Shown piece by piece: positions 24,633 through 34,306 of a stretch of DNA of 60,892 nt. Source of the DNA: a virus. Its lineage: Duplodnaviria > Caudoviricetes. The DNA is taken from positions 1 through 60,892 of IMG/VR virus record IMGVR_UViG_3300044820_000060. One strand, given 5' to 3'. The position numbers were made by a program, and so were the translations under genes. The notes below the pieces were generated by a model. The model was given only the letters and a program-made list of their open reading frames with translations, ran no database searches and had not been told where the DNA came from. Every line of letters begins with the position of its first letter. The first letter of the stretch is position 1.

Positions 24633-25211
24633 CTAGTCGCAATGGTCTTCAGCGTGGCCTACAGTTTGTGCTCGTAGTATGCTCCGTATCGTCTCAGCGC
24701 TCGCTCCTAGAGCCGTTCCGATCGCTTTAAGCGACAATCCTTCGCCTCGGAGCTTCAAGGCTTCAGCGGCCAAGGCTTCAGTTTTGCGTGGGCGACCGAT
24801 CTGGGCGCTAGCCAAATGATTGTAATACTCATATATGTGGAATACAGGCTGCATTGGCCAGCCTGGAATTGGATGAAATACATAAGTCGGAGGGGTTTCT
24901 TCGCCTATAGGGTTAGGTCCAGCCATGTCAGAAACTATTTTGGAAATAGTTTCTTGCAAAACCGCGAGCGGAGCATCGAACCATTCGAGTTCTCCTATCC
25001 GGCAATAGGAGAAAGCCTTATGCGCCGCTCTTTCCGCCTTCCACACGTTCTCAAGTTCAATCGGATATGAGGATTTGATTGTTCCTGATGAGCAATCATG
25101 TGGGTGCTGTGAGCGATTATGTCTAAGGCCGCTTCGTCTGCGTTTTGAAGATCTGGAGCATCCAACCTTATAGGGTGGCTTATCGGTTCCAAAAATATAG
25201 ATTTCAGCCAT
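24633..25211 (-). CDS. GIY-YIG (T5orf172/MUG113-like) protein with C-terminal HTH
   Basis: IYIF...YKVGCS...AERAAH..F...ELEWF; GRPRK...LRGEGLSLKAIG..LGASAETIRSIL; GGAGG RBS. Confidence 0.75.
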   Translation of the reverse strand: MAEIYIFGTDKPPYKVGCSRSSKRRRSGLRHNRSQHPHDCSSGTIKSSYPIELENVWKAERAAHKAFSYCRIGELEWFDAPLAVLQETISKIVSDMAGPNPIGEETPPTYVFHPIPGWPMQPVFHIYEYYNHLASAQIGRPRKTEALAAEALKLRGEGLSLKAIGTALGASAETIRSILRAQTVGHAEDHCD

Positions 25212-25244
25212 CTTAACCTCCAAGACAAAGATGTGATTTGATGT

Positions 25245-25445
25245 TCAGGTTTTTCGGTGCGCCCGCTGGTCCAGAAAGAAGCGAATAGCTGCCAGTACGA
25301 CCGCATTTCGCTTTGGCGGGACTTCCTGTGCGCTACACCACTCGTCCAGTTCTCGAAGAAGGTCTGCACTGAGGCGGACCGATATTGCTGTGTCGTGTTT
25401 CCGAGGCATTAGGCTTCTTCGCTCTCGTCTGCCTCTGTCGATCAT
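25245..25445 (-). CDS. CopG-like RHH regulator
   Basis: AISVRLSADLLRELDEW...RNAVVLAAIRFFL; palindrome TGTATATCA-ca-TGATATACA upstream at 25477-25496. Confidence 0.7.
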   Translation of the reverse strand: MIDRGRRERRSLMPRKHDTAISVRLSADLLRELDEWCSAQEVPPKRNAVVLAAIRFFLDQRAHRKT

Positions 25446-25555
25446 TTGGTTCTTTCTCCTGTGTCGATGACCCTAATGTATATCACATGATATACAATAT
25501 CAAGAGAGCTTAAACTACAGAAACGAAAGGTGCGACAAAATGACCGAGAAAAGTT

Positions 25556-26122
25556 ATGGCTCCGCGTAAAGAACGCGACGAATCAAAGCCGGTCGTTGAC
25601 GCATCTGAAGTTGATCAAGGTGGCCGCCCGACAAAGTATGACGAGGCGTTTGCCGCGCAAGCAAAGGTGCTTTGCGAGAAGGGTTTCACTGACATTGAAC
25701 TCGCGAACTTCTTCAAGGTCCACGTCGCAACGATCTATCGTTGGCTGGCGAAATACCCTGAGTTTTGCGAGGCCATAAAGAGCGGAAAAGACGCCAGCGA
25801 CGAGCGCGTTGAACGCAGCCTGTATCACAAGGCAATCGGCTATACATACGAGAGCGAGAAGATTTTCCAGTTCCAAGGCGAGGTCGTTCGCGCTAAATCG
25901 GTTGAGCATGTTCCGCCTGACACGACTGCGGCGATCTTCTGGCTGAAGAACCGGCGTAAAGAACAATGGCGCGACAAGCACGAGATTGACCAGAACATCA
26001 ATGTTTCGATCGAAGGCATGAACGCCGAGGAACTTAGGAATTATGTCCAGCGAGAGATTGCGGACCTTGGCCTTGGCGATGAAACGGCTAAGGCTTCTGG
26101 AAGAACGCGAGTCTCACACTGA
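25556..26122 (+). CDS. terS: Terminase small subunit
   Basis: GGRPTKY...GFTDIELANFFKV...PEFCEAIK...VERSLY..AIGY...PPDTTAAIFWLKNR. Confidence 0.9.
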   Translation: MAPRKERDESKPVVDASEVDQGGRPTKYDEAFAAQAKVLCEKGFTDIELANFFKVHVATIYRWLAKYPEFCEAIKSGKDASDERVERSLYHKAIGYTYESEKIFQFQGEVVRAKSVEHVPPDTTAAIFWLKNRRKEQWRDKHEIDQNINVSIEGMNAEELRNYVQREIADLGLGDETAKASGRTRVSH

Positions 26123-27683
26123 ACCGGGCGGACTGATCCGGTTCGTTCGGTATTTCTGGCCGTGTGTTGAGCCTGCGCGCCCTCTCATCGAAGGCTGGCC
26201 GTTAGAAGCTGTCTGCGATCATCTGGAAGCCGTTTCGCGCGGTGAGATAACGCGGCTCTTGATCAACGTGCCGCCGGGCTTCATGAAGTCCATGTGCGCC
26301 AACGTATTTTGGCCCGCTTACGAGTGGGGCGCGTTAGGTATGCCGACATATCGGTTCATCGCGGCAAGCTATTCGCAAAGCCTTACGCTCCGTGATAACG
26401 TGCGGTTTCGCAACGTGATCATGTCGCCCGAGTATCGGGAGATGTACGGCGATGTGTTTGCGCCATCGAGGGATCAGTTCAATCTGGTCAAGGTGGCGAA
26501 CAATCAAACCGGCTGGAAGCTCGCGACATCGGTGGGTGGTGTCGGCACTGGCGAAAGATCTGACAGATTCGTCATTGATGACGGAAATTCGGTCAAAGAA
26601 GCCGAGTCCGAGGCGATTATCGCCTCAACGAATCAATGGTTTCTCGAAGTTGTTCCGACACGCTTGAACGACGCGGCAACCGGCGCCATCGTGAACATTC
26701 AGCAGCGGACCGGCGAGAACGATATTTCTGGCACCATCCTCGATAAGCATCTCGCGTATGAGCACCTTATCATCAGGATGGAGCACGATGTTAGGTATTC
26801 CAAGGTTCCAACGTGCATCGGGTGGACTGATCCGCGCACCGAGGACGGCGAGCTTGCATGGCAGGCGCGGTTTCCTCGCGACGTTGTGGATGAACTCAAG
26901 GCGACGATGGGGCCTTATGCGACGGCTGGCCAGTTCCAGCAATCGCCCGAGCCGCGCGGCGGCGGTATCCTGAAGCGTGAATACTGGAACATCTTGCCAG
27001 ATGAGGATGAGGCCGGAAATCCGGTCAAGGTTCCGTTGTGCGATTATGTTGTCGCCTCGCTTGATCCGGCGTTTACATCCAAGGAAGAGAACGATCCTAG
27101 CGCGTTGACGATTTGGGGGACGTTCGACGATGAGGACGGCAATCGCGCGGTTCTCATGCTGTATGCCTGGCAGAAGTGGCTACCGCTTCACGGCCCCACA
27201 ATTGAGCGCTGGCCGGGGGAAAGCAATTCGGCATACAAGGCGCGCACCAAAGTCAATTGGGGGCTGGTGGAGCACGTAGCGGACGCTGTGAAGCGTTTCA
27301 AGGTCGACCGGCTTCTGATCGAGGACAAAGCCAGCGGCCACGATGTCAACATCGAGATGCTTCGCCTCTATCAAGACCTATGCTCTTACGAGCTCGTGAA
27401 CCCTGGCCGGTTCGACAAGGTTGCGCGGGCGATCCGCGTCCAGCCGATATTCAGCGAGGGTCAGGTTTGGCGTCCGGACCGCAATTGGGCGCAACTAGTT
27501 GAGGATGAATGCGCGGTCCTTCCTCGCGGTAAGCACGACGATTTGGCCGACTCGGCAACGCAAGCGCTCTATTGGCTTCGTGAGCGAGGCTTCCTCACTC
27601 GCCGTTCCGAGAAAGCCGCGGCGAACCTTCGCGCGGCGCGGGACTACAAGTCGGTGTCGCAAGGGCCGCTTTATCCGGTTTGA
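26043..27683 (+). CDS. terL: Terminase large subunit
   Basis: LLINVPPGFMKS Walker A; FVIDD Walker B; GQFQQSP; SLDPAF...DPSA; IEDKASG; HDDLADS. Confidence 0.95.
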   Translation: MSSERLRTLALAMKRLRLLEERESHTEPGGLIRFVRYFWPCVEPARPLIEGWPLEAVCDHLEAVSRGEITRLLINVPPGFMKSMCANVFWPAYEWGALGMPTYRFIAASYSQSLTLRDNVRFRNVIMSPEYREMYGDVFAPSRDQFNLVKVANNQTGWKLATSVGGVGTGERSDRFVIDDGNSVKEAESEAIIASTNQWFLEVVPTRLNDAATGAIVNIQQRTGENDISGTILDKHLAYEHLIIRMEHDVRYSKVPTCIGWTDPRTEDGELAWQARFPRDVVDELKATMGPYATAGQFQQSPEPRGGGILKREYWNILPDEDEAGNPVKVPLCDYVVASLDPAFTSKEENDPSALTIWGTFDDEDGNRAVLMLYAWQKWLPLHGPTIERWPGESNSAYKARTKVNWGLVEHVADAVKRFKVDRLLIEDKASGHDVNIEMLRLYQDLCSYELVNPGRFDKVARAIRVQPIFSEGQVWRPDRNWAQLVEDECAVLPRGKHDDLADSATQALYWLRERGFLTRRSEKAAANLRAARDYKSVSQGPLYPV

Positions 27684-27811
27684 GCGCGGCCTTCATATTA
27701 GGAACATGAGGGTCTTGCTGGGTTAAAGCCTTAGTTTTGCTGTGTTTTTCCGCCAAGGTTCTGCTGCGAATAGGCACTGAGTAGGCACGGCAGCGAAAAA
27801 CAGGGGCGAAA

Positions 27812-28243
27812 ATGGCAATCAGGTTCGAACGCATTGCGGAGCCGGTGAAGCGGAAGCCAGCGGCCAAGATCGAGGAAGGGTTGAAGGAAGCTCTCACGAT
27901 CGCCAAGGGCGAGGCAAAGCCTGCGAGGGTCGCCAAGGTCAAGGTCCACGGTGAACGTGACCGGCCAGCGATGCAGCCGAAAGTGCTCACGTCGACCGTA
28001 GAGGCCAAGAAACCGGCCAAGGTGGCGACGAAGCGCCGGAAAGCCGAGACTGAGAAGCCGTTACCTAACATACCTCACAAAGATATACCTCACACGGAAA
28101 GCATACCTCACAAGGTCAAAGCTCCGAAGATCACGCCAGCGGAGCGCACGAAGGCGTGGCGCGCGGAGAACGCTGACAAGCACCGGGCATCGCATCGGGA
28201 TTACATGCGCAAGCGTCGCGCGAAGCCGGAAGCCTCGGCCTAG
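27812..28243 (+). CDS. Basic hypothetical protein with internal 10-bp repeats
   Basis: C-terminal PAERTKAWRAENADKHRASHRDYMRKRR; ATACCTCACA three times. Confidence 0.65.
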   Translation: MAIRFERIAEPVKRKPAAKIEEGLKEALTIAKGEAKPARVAKVKVHGERDRPAMQPKVLTSTVEAKKPAKVATKRRKAETEKPLPNIPHKDIPHTESIPHKVKAPKITPAERTKAWRAENADKHRASHRDYMRKRRAKPEASA

Positions 28244-28351
28244 TGTCTCGTGGGCAGTGCCTCGATGTACCACCGATGAGCGCACCACCCAGCGGCGAAC
28301 GATGCGGCGATGACGATGGCGATCAAGGTCTCACCTCTTCAAGTTCATCGG

Positions 28352-28702
28352 TCATCGGATACCGCTGATGTTTGTCCAAAGAAGCCGTATCGCGATAATG
28401 GCATCCTCGCAGGCTTCTCCGATGGTATGAAGGTCTTCTTCGGTAAGCGGAGCGTCCTTATGTCGAGCAAGGTCTTCGGCGTACTTAAGCGCCGGGATAG
28501 CGTTCTTGACACGAGTCGCAAGGCTATCGGGTTCGGCAGTCTTTGCGGCGATCATGGCTTGATCCTTTAACCGCTTGATGGCCTCTTCGTCTCCACCCAC
28601 GATAGCGGCGAAGTCCAGTGCATCGACATCGATGGCGATGAGATCGGGCAACAGTTGGTTGCGAAGTTGATCGAGGGTGAGATTTTCGGGTTCGTCAGCC
28701 AT
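28352..28702 (-). CDS. Hypothetical protein (moron-like, opposite strand)
   Basis: 116-aa helical ORF MADEPENLTL... Confidence 0.55.
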   Translation of the reverse strand: MADEPENLTLDQLRNQLLPDLIAIDVDALDFAAIVGGDEEAIKRLKDQAMIAAKTAEPDSLATRVKNAIPALKYAEDLARHKDAPLTEEDLHTIGEACEDAIIAIRLLWTNISGIR

Positions 28703-28741
28703 CTGGCGATAGTATCATCAGGACAAACGGAAGGGAAGCCA

Positions 28742-29080
28742 ATGTCCGAAGCAGCAGAAGCCACGGCACCGGAGCCGCAAGTCGCGACACCTCCGACGAA
28801 CTTCATTGATGCCTTGGAGAGCTATTTCCGCGTAACCGCATTTGGGTTGATCGTGACGAACCAGCAGATCCCCGCTCATGTGATGTGGGAGGCGATGGCG
28901 GCGGCGATGGGCGCGGTTATCTCGGGAGCCACCAAAAGCCAGGACATCGCGGCGACGCTGAGCGCTCGCGAGCATTTGTCGAAGGTGATGACGGACGCGG
29001 TTAAGAAACGCTATCCTGCGCTCGACATGGGCAACATTGCCTCGGTCGCGGCGAACTCGAATGGGTTGCGGGGGTATTGA
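28742..29080 (+). CDS. Hypothetical protein
   Basis: AAGGGA RBS; coupled to the next gene. Confidence 0.65.
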   Translation: MSEAAEATAPEPQVATPPTNFIDALESYFRVTAFGLIVTNQQIPAHVMWEAMAAAMGAVISGATKSQDIAATLSAREHLSKVMTDAVKKRYPALDMGNIASVAANSNGLRGY

Positions 29081-29424
29081 TGGCTTGCTTTGCGAACGGG
29101 CTGAAGCCGGAAGACCTTGAGAAGTTGGCGCGCGACATGAAGCCGTTGAGGCATTCTACGTTCCCGATTTGGACGGCCGGACGGCTGCATGTCGACGATG
29201 GCGAGTTTCAGCCAGTCACGGAACGGCACGCCGAGTCTTTCTTACATCGAGAGTGGGGTATCCCGATCAAGATTGATCGTCGTCCCTGGTACAAGGTGTC
29301 ATCGGCCGAACTGTTCTACCGTTCTCGCGCTGGACGGGCTGCGCTTCGGCGGGGGATCGCTGATCGCATGAGCGAGATTACGGACAGATTTCTTCTCCTG
29401 GAGTTGACGGGAGGGCGGGGCTGA
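29080..29424 (+). CDS. Hypothetical protein
   Basis: TGATG coupling at both ends. Confidence 0.55.
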   Translation: MACFANGLKPEDLEKLARDMKPLRHSTFPIWTAGRLHVDDGEFQPVTERHAESFLHREWGIPIKIDRRPWYKVSSAELFYRSRAGRAALRRGIADRMSEITDRFLLLELTGGRG

Positions 29425-29639
29425 TGCACGTTCCAATGGGCGCGACCCAATACAATCGCGGCTTCACGCAGCCCGACACCAAGAAGCCCTTCTTCACCGA
29501 GGATTATCTGGCCGGTCTCGTGCTCGCGGTTTCGCCGGATGACTCCGAATATCAGCGGACATCGAGCGAGGTCGCCGCGAAGCTGGCAAACATGCCGGAC
29601 TATCGCAACCCGTACAAATACGGAGCTTGGTATGAGTGA
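29424..29639 (+). CDS. Hypothetical protein
   Basis: GGAGGG RBS; coupled. Confidence 0.55.
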   Translation: MHVPMGATQYNRGFTQPDTKKPFFTEDYLAGLVLAVSPDDSEYQRTSSEVAAKLANMPDYRNPYKYGAWYE

Positions 29640-30171
29640 CGGCGCCAAGATCGAGGTAGACCTCTGGGCCAAGGCTAGGTCGTCTGATCTGCATGTTTTC
29701 GTGCAGGAGACGCACCACGCGAGGCGGCTGGGCGGCGAGTATCGTCCTGTGACGGTTGAGGAGTGGGACGCGGCGTTTACTCGGTGGCTAGTGGCTAAGG
29801 GGCGGGTGCGGGCTTCTGCAGTTTTTGAGGCGTGGTCATACGAACCTGTTGAGATCGTTCGCTCCATAGACGAGATCAATCCTGACCCTGCGCTTATGGA
29901 TGGTGCCGTTGTCGCCCACATCGGTGAGCCTATCGACCTCGGGGAGATGGAGACGGTTGCGGCCGATCCTGATGCGGCGGCGGAGCGCGTTGCTTCCATC
30001 GTTTCCACAGGCGGGAAGATGCCTCCATATCGGTATCAGGATACACCATCAGACTCAGGTTCTATTTCCTGGCCCGTTGACGGCAATGGCATCCTTGATC
30101 CGAAGGCGGCGGCGGAACAGGTGCGCAAGGTGAAGCGCGACGCCGTGAAGGCCAAAGCCAAGCGGGTATAA
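29632..30171 (+). CDS. Hypothetical protein
   Basis: GGAG RBS before ATG 29632. Confidence 0.6.
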   Translation: MSDGAKIEVDLWAKARSSDLHVFVQETHHARRLGGEYRPVTVEEWDAAFTRWLVAKGRVRASAVFEAWSYEPVEIVRSIDEINPDPALMDGAVVAHIGEPIDLGEMETVAADPDAAAERVASIVSTGGKMPPYRYQDTPSDSGSISWPVDGNGILDPKAAAEQVRKVKRDAVKAKAKRV

Positions 30172-30218
30172 CGTCAACCGCCAATTGACCAGCCGATACC
30201 GAGCGGTTACGGTGGGGC

Positions 30219-30308
30219 ATGGACACGTTTGCCTTATCGTTCTGGATAGCCGCGACGCTCTTTTGCGTTGATTTCTGGCTTGCGGTTTATCGTTTGGTGG
30301 TCGGATGA
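30219..30308 (+). CDS. 29-aa hydrophobic peptide
   Basis: MDTFALSFWIAATLFCVDFWLAVYRLVVG; promoter TTGACC-17-TACGGT ends just upstream of the ATG. Confidence 0.45.
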   Translation: MDTFALSFWIAATLFCVDFWLAVYRLVVG

Positions 30309-30379
30309 GCAATCTAGCGCTTTGGGTCATGGTGGCGATCAACGTGGTGTTCTGGGGTGCGTGGCTGTGGTGGATGTGA
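30305..30379 (+). CDS. 24-aa Trp-rich hydrophobic peptide
   Basis: MSNLALWVMVAINVVFWGAWLWWM; ATGA and GTGA overlaps. Confidence 0.45.
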   Translation: MSNLALWVMVAINVVFWGAWLWWM

Positions 30380-30600
30380 CGCCGGAAGAGATTGCCGCGA
30401 AGCTCCATAGCGATCTGAAGGACTGCGTGACGTGGCGTGCCGTTTCTGAAGGCGGATATGCGGGTATGTCCAGGGCCGAGTCCATCACCGATGAACATGC
30501 GCAGCTTGCGCTCCTGACGAAAGCGATCCGCGAGGCCGAGCAGCGCGGCGAAGCGCGTACCGCAGCCCTTGCGGCGAAGATGATAGCCGAGGTTAGGTAA
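30376..30600 (+). CDS. Hypothetical protein
   Basis: GTG start overlapping the previous stop; TPEEIAAKL... Confidence 0.5.
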   Translation: MTPEEIAAKLHSDLKDCVTWRAVSEGGYAGMSRAESITDEHAQLALLTKAIREAEQRGEARTAALAAKMIAEVR

Positions 30601-30608
30601 AGTATCCC

Positions 30609-30938
30609 ATGCTGACCGAAGATGAATACAATAGGGCCATGAAGCGCATAGATGAAATCTTCATGGCTGAAGCAGGAACGGCAGAGGGTGAGGAACTGGA
30701 TCGTCTTGCGTCATCCGTCGAAGAATACGAAAATAAGCATTTCCCCATGCTGCCACAAGTAGTTATTGCGATCAGAGATCGCATGAAAGAACTTGGTGTG
30801 CGTCAGCGCGATCTTGTTAAGGCTGGTATGAGGCGTGGGCATGTTTCTGAGATTGTGAACGGCAAGCGCGGCGTATCAAAAGCAAGCGCTAAGATATTTT
30901 CAAAAACTCTCGGCATTCCGCTTGAAAAGCTGATCTAG
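30609..30938 (+). CDS. higA: HigA-like antitoxin (orphan)
   Basis: TEDEYNRAMKRIDEIF.A..GT.EGEELD.L...VEEYE.KHFP plus HTH RQRDL...VSEIVNGKR. Confidence 0.85.
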   Translation: MLTEDEYNRAMKRIDEIFMAEAGTAEGEELDRLASSVEEYENKHFPMLPQVVIAIRDRMKELGVRQRDLVKAGMRRGHVSEIVNGKRGVSKASAKIFSKTLGIPLEKLI

Positions 30939-30964
30939 CTAAGCCACAGAGGCAACCATCTCCC

Positions 30965-33091
30965 ATGATCCCAGCCCTATCTCAGCCTGTGCCGCGAGGC
31001 ACCGGGAAGGTTCTGCCGTTCCCCGGCCTGGACCTCGCGCCTGGGGTGAGTTTCGACCCGGACGAAGGTTGCTTGTATATCGAAGATGCTGACGGCGGCG
31101 TTACGATCGACTTTAATCCAAACCTTGGCGACGACGAAGGCAAGGACAGCAAGCACGGCGACAACCTTGCGGAGCAACTGAGCGAGCAGGTTTTGAACCA
31201 GATCGCCTCGGACGTTCTCGAAGGCATCGAGCAGGATGAACGCTCCCGGTCGCAATGGATCAGCCAGCGCGAGCGCGGGATGGATCTCCTCGGGATCAAG
31301 CTTGAGAATCCGCGGACGGATGCAGCGAGTTCGAGCGCACCGCTTGAGGGTATGTCAACGGTTCGGCACCCCTTACTGAATGAAGCTTGCCTGCGCTTCC
31401 AGGCGAACGCCAGGGGCGAGCTTTTGCCATCGGACGGCCCTGTGAAGGTGAAGAACGCAGGCCAGCCCACGAGCGTACAGGACGAGCAGGCGCAGCAGCT
31501 TGAGGACGATCTGAATGTGTTCCTCACGAGCACTTGCAAAGAATACTATCCCGATACCGATCGCATGTTGTTTCAGGTCGGCTTTTCGGGCGCGGGCTTC
31601 AAGAAGGGTTATCACTGCCCGCTTCGGAGGAGGCCGGTCCTCGAGAGCGTAGACGCGAAAGACCTGATCGTCGATAACACCGCGACGGACCTCATGAACG
31701 CGGCGCGCGTGACGCACCGCATTTCGATGTCACCGGCAACCTTGATCAGGATGCAGTTGGCCGGCGCATATCGTGACGTCGATATCGGGGAGCCGGACGA
31801 GGATATTCCGCAGCTTGATCGCAAGATCGGGACGCTCCAAGGCATCACCAAGTCACAGAACACGCGGACGAAGGAAACGCAGCACACGATTTACGAGTCC
31901 TATTGCGACTACGACATTCCAGGGTTCGAGCACGAGCAGGACGGCAAGAAGACCGGGCTCCCGCTTCCCTACAAGATCGTGATCGAGAAGACCTCACAGA
32001 AGATCGTTGAAATCCGGCGGAACTGGAAAGAGGGCGACGAGGACTGCATCAAGCGGCGTGTCTTTGTCCTGTATCCGTTCGTCCCGATGTTTGGCTTCTA
32101 TCCCTCTGGCCTCCTTCACATCCTCGGCAACACGACGCAGGCGATCACGGCGGCTTGGCGCATCGTCACCGACTCGGGGATGTTTGCGAACTTCCCGGGG
32201 TTCCTCTATGCGAAGGGCGGCGAGCGGCAGGCAACGACATCATTCCGAGTAGCGCCTGGCACTGGCGCGGCGGTCGATGCGGTCGGTGGAGACATCCGCA
32301 AACAAATCATGCCTCTGCCGTACAAAGAGGCAGGGCCAGCCTTTATCCAGTTCATCAACAATGTCGCGGAAACTGGCGGGCGTCTCGGCGGCACGGCTGA
32401 AATCCAGGTCGGTGAGGGGCGGCAAGACGCGCCGGTCGGCACGACGCTGGCGATGATCGATCAGGCTCAGAAGATCATCTCTGCGGTCCACAAGCGGATT
32501 CACGCGGCGCAGGCCGAGGAATTTGAAATCCTGAAGGAGTTGCTGAGCGAAGACCCCGAAGCCCTCTGGCGGCATCGTCGGGACGGCGCGACGCCTTGGA
32601 ATGCCGATACCCTGAAGGCTGCTCTCGAAAACAGCGACATGGTTCCGCGTGCCGATCCGAACACGCCTTCACAGCTTCACCGGCAGATGAAGGTCGCGGC
32701 GTTGCTGCAGCGGGCAGACATGCACCCCGATCTATACGACCATCAGGCGGTTGAGGAATACGCCTTGCGGGAAATTGGGATTGCTGACCCTGACAGGTTC
32801 TTCGTCAAGGTCGATCCGAATGCGGCGGCGGCTGCGCCTCCTCCCGATCCGAACCTGATGAAGACACAGGGAAATATTGCGGTCGCGAAGATGAAGATCG
32901 ACGCGGCGGCGCAAGACCGCGCTCTCAAGCAGCAGCAGATTGCGGCACAGATGCAGACGGCGGCGGCGGACAGGGCGAGCCGGGAGAACATCGCGAAACT
33001 CCAACTCGCCCGTGAGTTGGCGGTCCATCCTCTGTCTCAATCTGTAATTGCAGACCAGAACCCCGGATTGGCCTCGGGCGTTGGCGCTTAG
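30965..33091 (+). CDS. Portal protein
   Basis: 708 aa after terL; HPLLNEACLRFQANARGELLPSDGPVK; APVGTTLA; SAVHKRIH..QAEEF. Confidence 0.88.
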   Translation: MIPALSQPVPRGTGKVLPFPGLDLAPGVSFDPDEGCLYIEDADGGVTIDFNPNLGDDEGKDSKHGDNLAEQLSEQVLNQIASDVLEGIEQDERSRSQWISQRERGMDLLGIKLENPRTDAASSSAPLEGMSTVRHPLLNEACLRFQANARGELLPSDGPVKVKNAGQPTSVQDEQAQQLEDDLNVFLTSTCKEYYPDTDRMLFQVGFSGAGFKKGYHCPLRRRPVLESVDAKDLIVDNTATDLMNAARVTHRISMSPATLIRMQLAGAYRDVDIGEPDEDIPQLDRKIGTLQGITKSQNTRTKETQHTIYESYCDYDIPGFEHEQDGKKTGLPLPYKIVIEKTSQKIVEIRRNWKEGDEDCIKRRVFVLYPFVPMFGFYPSGLLHILGNTTQAITAAWRIVTDSGMFANFPGFLYAKGGERQATTSFRVAPGTGAAVDAVGGDIRKQIMPLPYKEAGPAFIQFINNVAETGGRLGGTAEIQVGEGRQDAPVGTTLAMIDQAQKIISAVHKRIHAAQAEEFEILKELLSEDPEALWRHRRDGATPWNADTLKAALENSDMVPRADPNTPSQLHRQMKVAALLQRADMHPDLYDHQAVEEYALREIGIADPDRFFVKVDPNAAAAAPPPDPNLMKTQGNIAVAKMKIDAAAQDRALKQQQIAAQMQTAAADRASRENIAKLQLARELAVHPLSQSVIADQNPGLASGVGA

Positions 33092-33127
33092 GCCATACAT
33101 CAACACACACGAAGACGAGATCTCCAC

Positions 33128-33649
33128 ATGGAATCCTTCAAAGCCCAAGCCAAGAAAAACCTGCACCGCCGGATTGAAGAGGCTGGCGGAAAAGTCGGCC
33201 GCGCTGCTGGCGGTCACGTCCATTCTGATGCGAAGCAGGACATCGCTTTGATCAAGAGAGAAGTCAAACCTGACGCCCTGAAGCGCGCCGCTGGCGGGAG
33301 CGTGAAGCACAAAAAGCCTCACACCCAAATTAACATCGCAGTTGCGCCGCATGGTGACGGGCCGGTCCCCGCTCCCGGCGGTGTTGGGGCTGCGGCGCCC
33401 GCTCCGCTTCCCAGGCCAGCGCCGCAGCCCATCCCTGCGGGTGGACCGAACATAGGCGCATTGCCGGGTGGTCGTCCAATGCCAACTGCGCCGGGGCCAA
33501 TGGGGCCGATGGGTGCGAAGCATGGCGGCAAGGTTGCGCGGGCGGCTGGTGGCAAAGTCCACATGACGGCAGGCGCGGCCAATGGCGAGGGCCGTTTGGA
33601 AAAGATCAAGGAATACGGCGCTAAGGCTGGCGTTCGGAAGACGAAATAA
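33128..33649 (+). CDS. Probable virion protein with repeated xxGGxV motifs
   Basis: EAGGKV, AAGGHV, AAGGSV, KHGGKV, AAGGKV; Pro/Gly-rich. Confidence 0.7.
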   Translation: MESFKAQAKKNLHRRIEEAGGKVGRAAGGHVHSDAKQDIALIKREVKPDALKRAAGGSVKHKKPHTQINIAVAPHGDGPVPAPGGVGAAAPAPLPRPAPQPIPAGGPNIGALPGGRPMPTAPGPMGPMGAKHGGKVARAAGGKVHMTAGAANGEGRLEKIKEYGAKAGVRKTK

Positions 33650-33772
33650 AAAACGCAGGCGAACGAGAGTTCCCGTTCCTAACCTGCGTTTCCTGGCTCG
33701 GCTTACCGCCGGTTGCCAACCTGAAGCGGAAAACCCTGTCGTCACTCTGGCTAAGGGTGATTAGCGCCAGGG
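33648..33772 (-). ncRNA. Candidate ~125-nt sRNA antisense to late transcription
   Basis: TTGAAA-17-TAAAAT promoter (33805-33777); stems; terminator AAACGCAGG...CCTGCGTTTTTT. Confidence 0.55.
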
Positions 33773-33827
33773 CTTGATTTTATAAAACTAGTGCATGCGT
33801 TTCAAGCACAAAAAGGCCATTGATCGC

Positions 33828-34070
33828 ATGACCATCGAACCAAAAGTCGTCTCCATCCACGGCGACATTCACGATCCCCGTGTAGCCTCTGATGTCGTTG
33901 TCGCTGTTCTCGAGAAGCAGCTTGAGAAAGCGCGGGCCGGTGAGATCGTCGGTGTGGCAGTCGCCTTCACGTATTTCGACATGGCCTCCGGCTACGACAG
34001 CGCGGGGATTATTCCGCATAGCCTGATTGGCGCGGTGGCAAAGCTTCAGCATGAGCTCGTGAGCAAGTGA
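33828..34070 (+). CDS. Hypothetical protein
   Basis: VVAVLEKQLEKARAGEIVGVAVA. Confidence 0.65.
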   Translation: MTIEPKVVSIHGDIHDPRVASDVVVAVLEKQLEKARAGEIVGVAVAFTYFDMASGYDSAGIIPHSLIGAVAKLQHELVSK

Positions 34071-34306
34071 GCTTCGACGCCAAGATCCAAAGAGAGTTCC
34101 TTCGGCGCGTCCGCGAGTTAGAGCAGCGCGCCGTCGATGTTTTGTGCTGCGGACGAGTTGAGAGTTTCGACGATTACAAGCAATGGACCGGCTACCTTCG
34201 TGCGATCAAGGAGATTTTGGAAGCCCTTGAGGCATCGCGGAAGGCTGTATTGAACGAGGGAAGAGAAGAACATGCCGATAGCACCGACGAAGATTTTAGA
34301 GATTGA
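34067..34306 (+). CDS. Hypothetical protein preceding the GroES-like gene
   Basis: G.VESFDDYKQWTGYLRAI; GTGA coupling. Confidence 0.7.
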   Translation: MSFDAKIQREFLRRVRELEQRAVDVLCCGRVESFDDYKQWTGYLRAIKEILEALEASRKAVLNEGREEHADSTDEDFRD

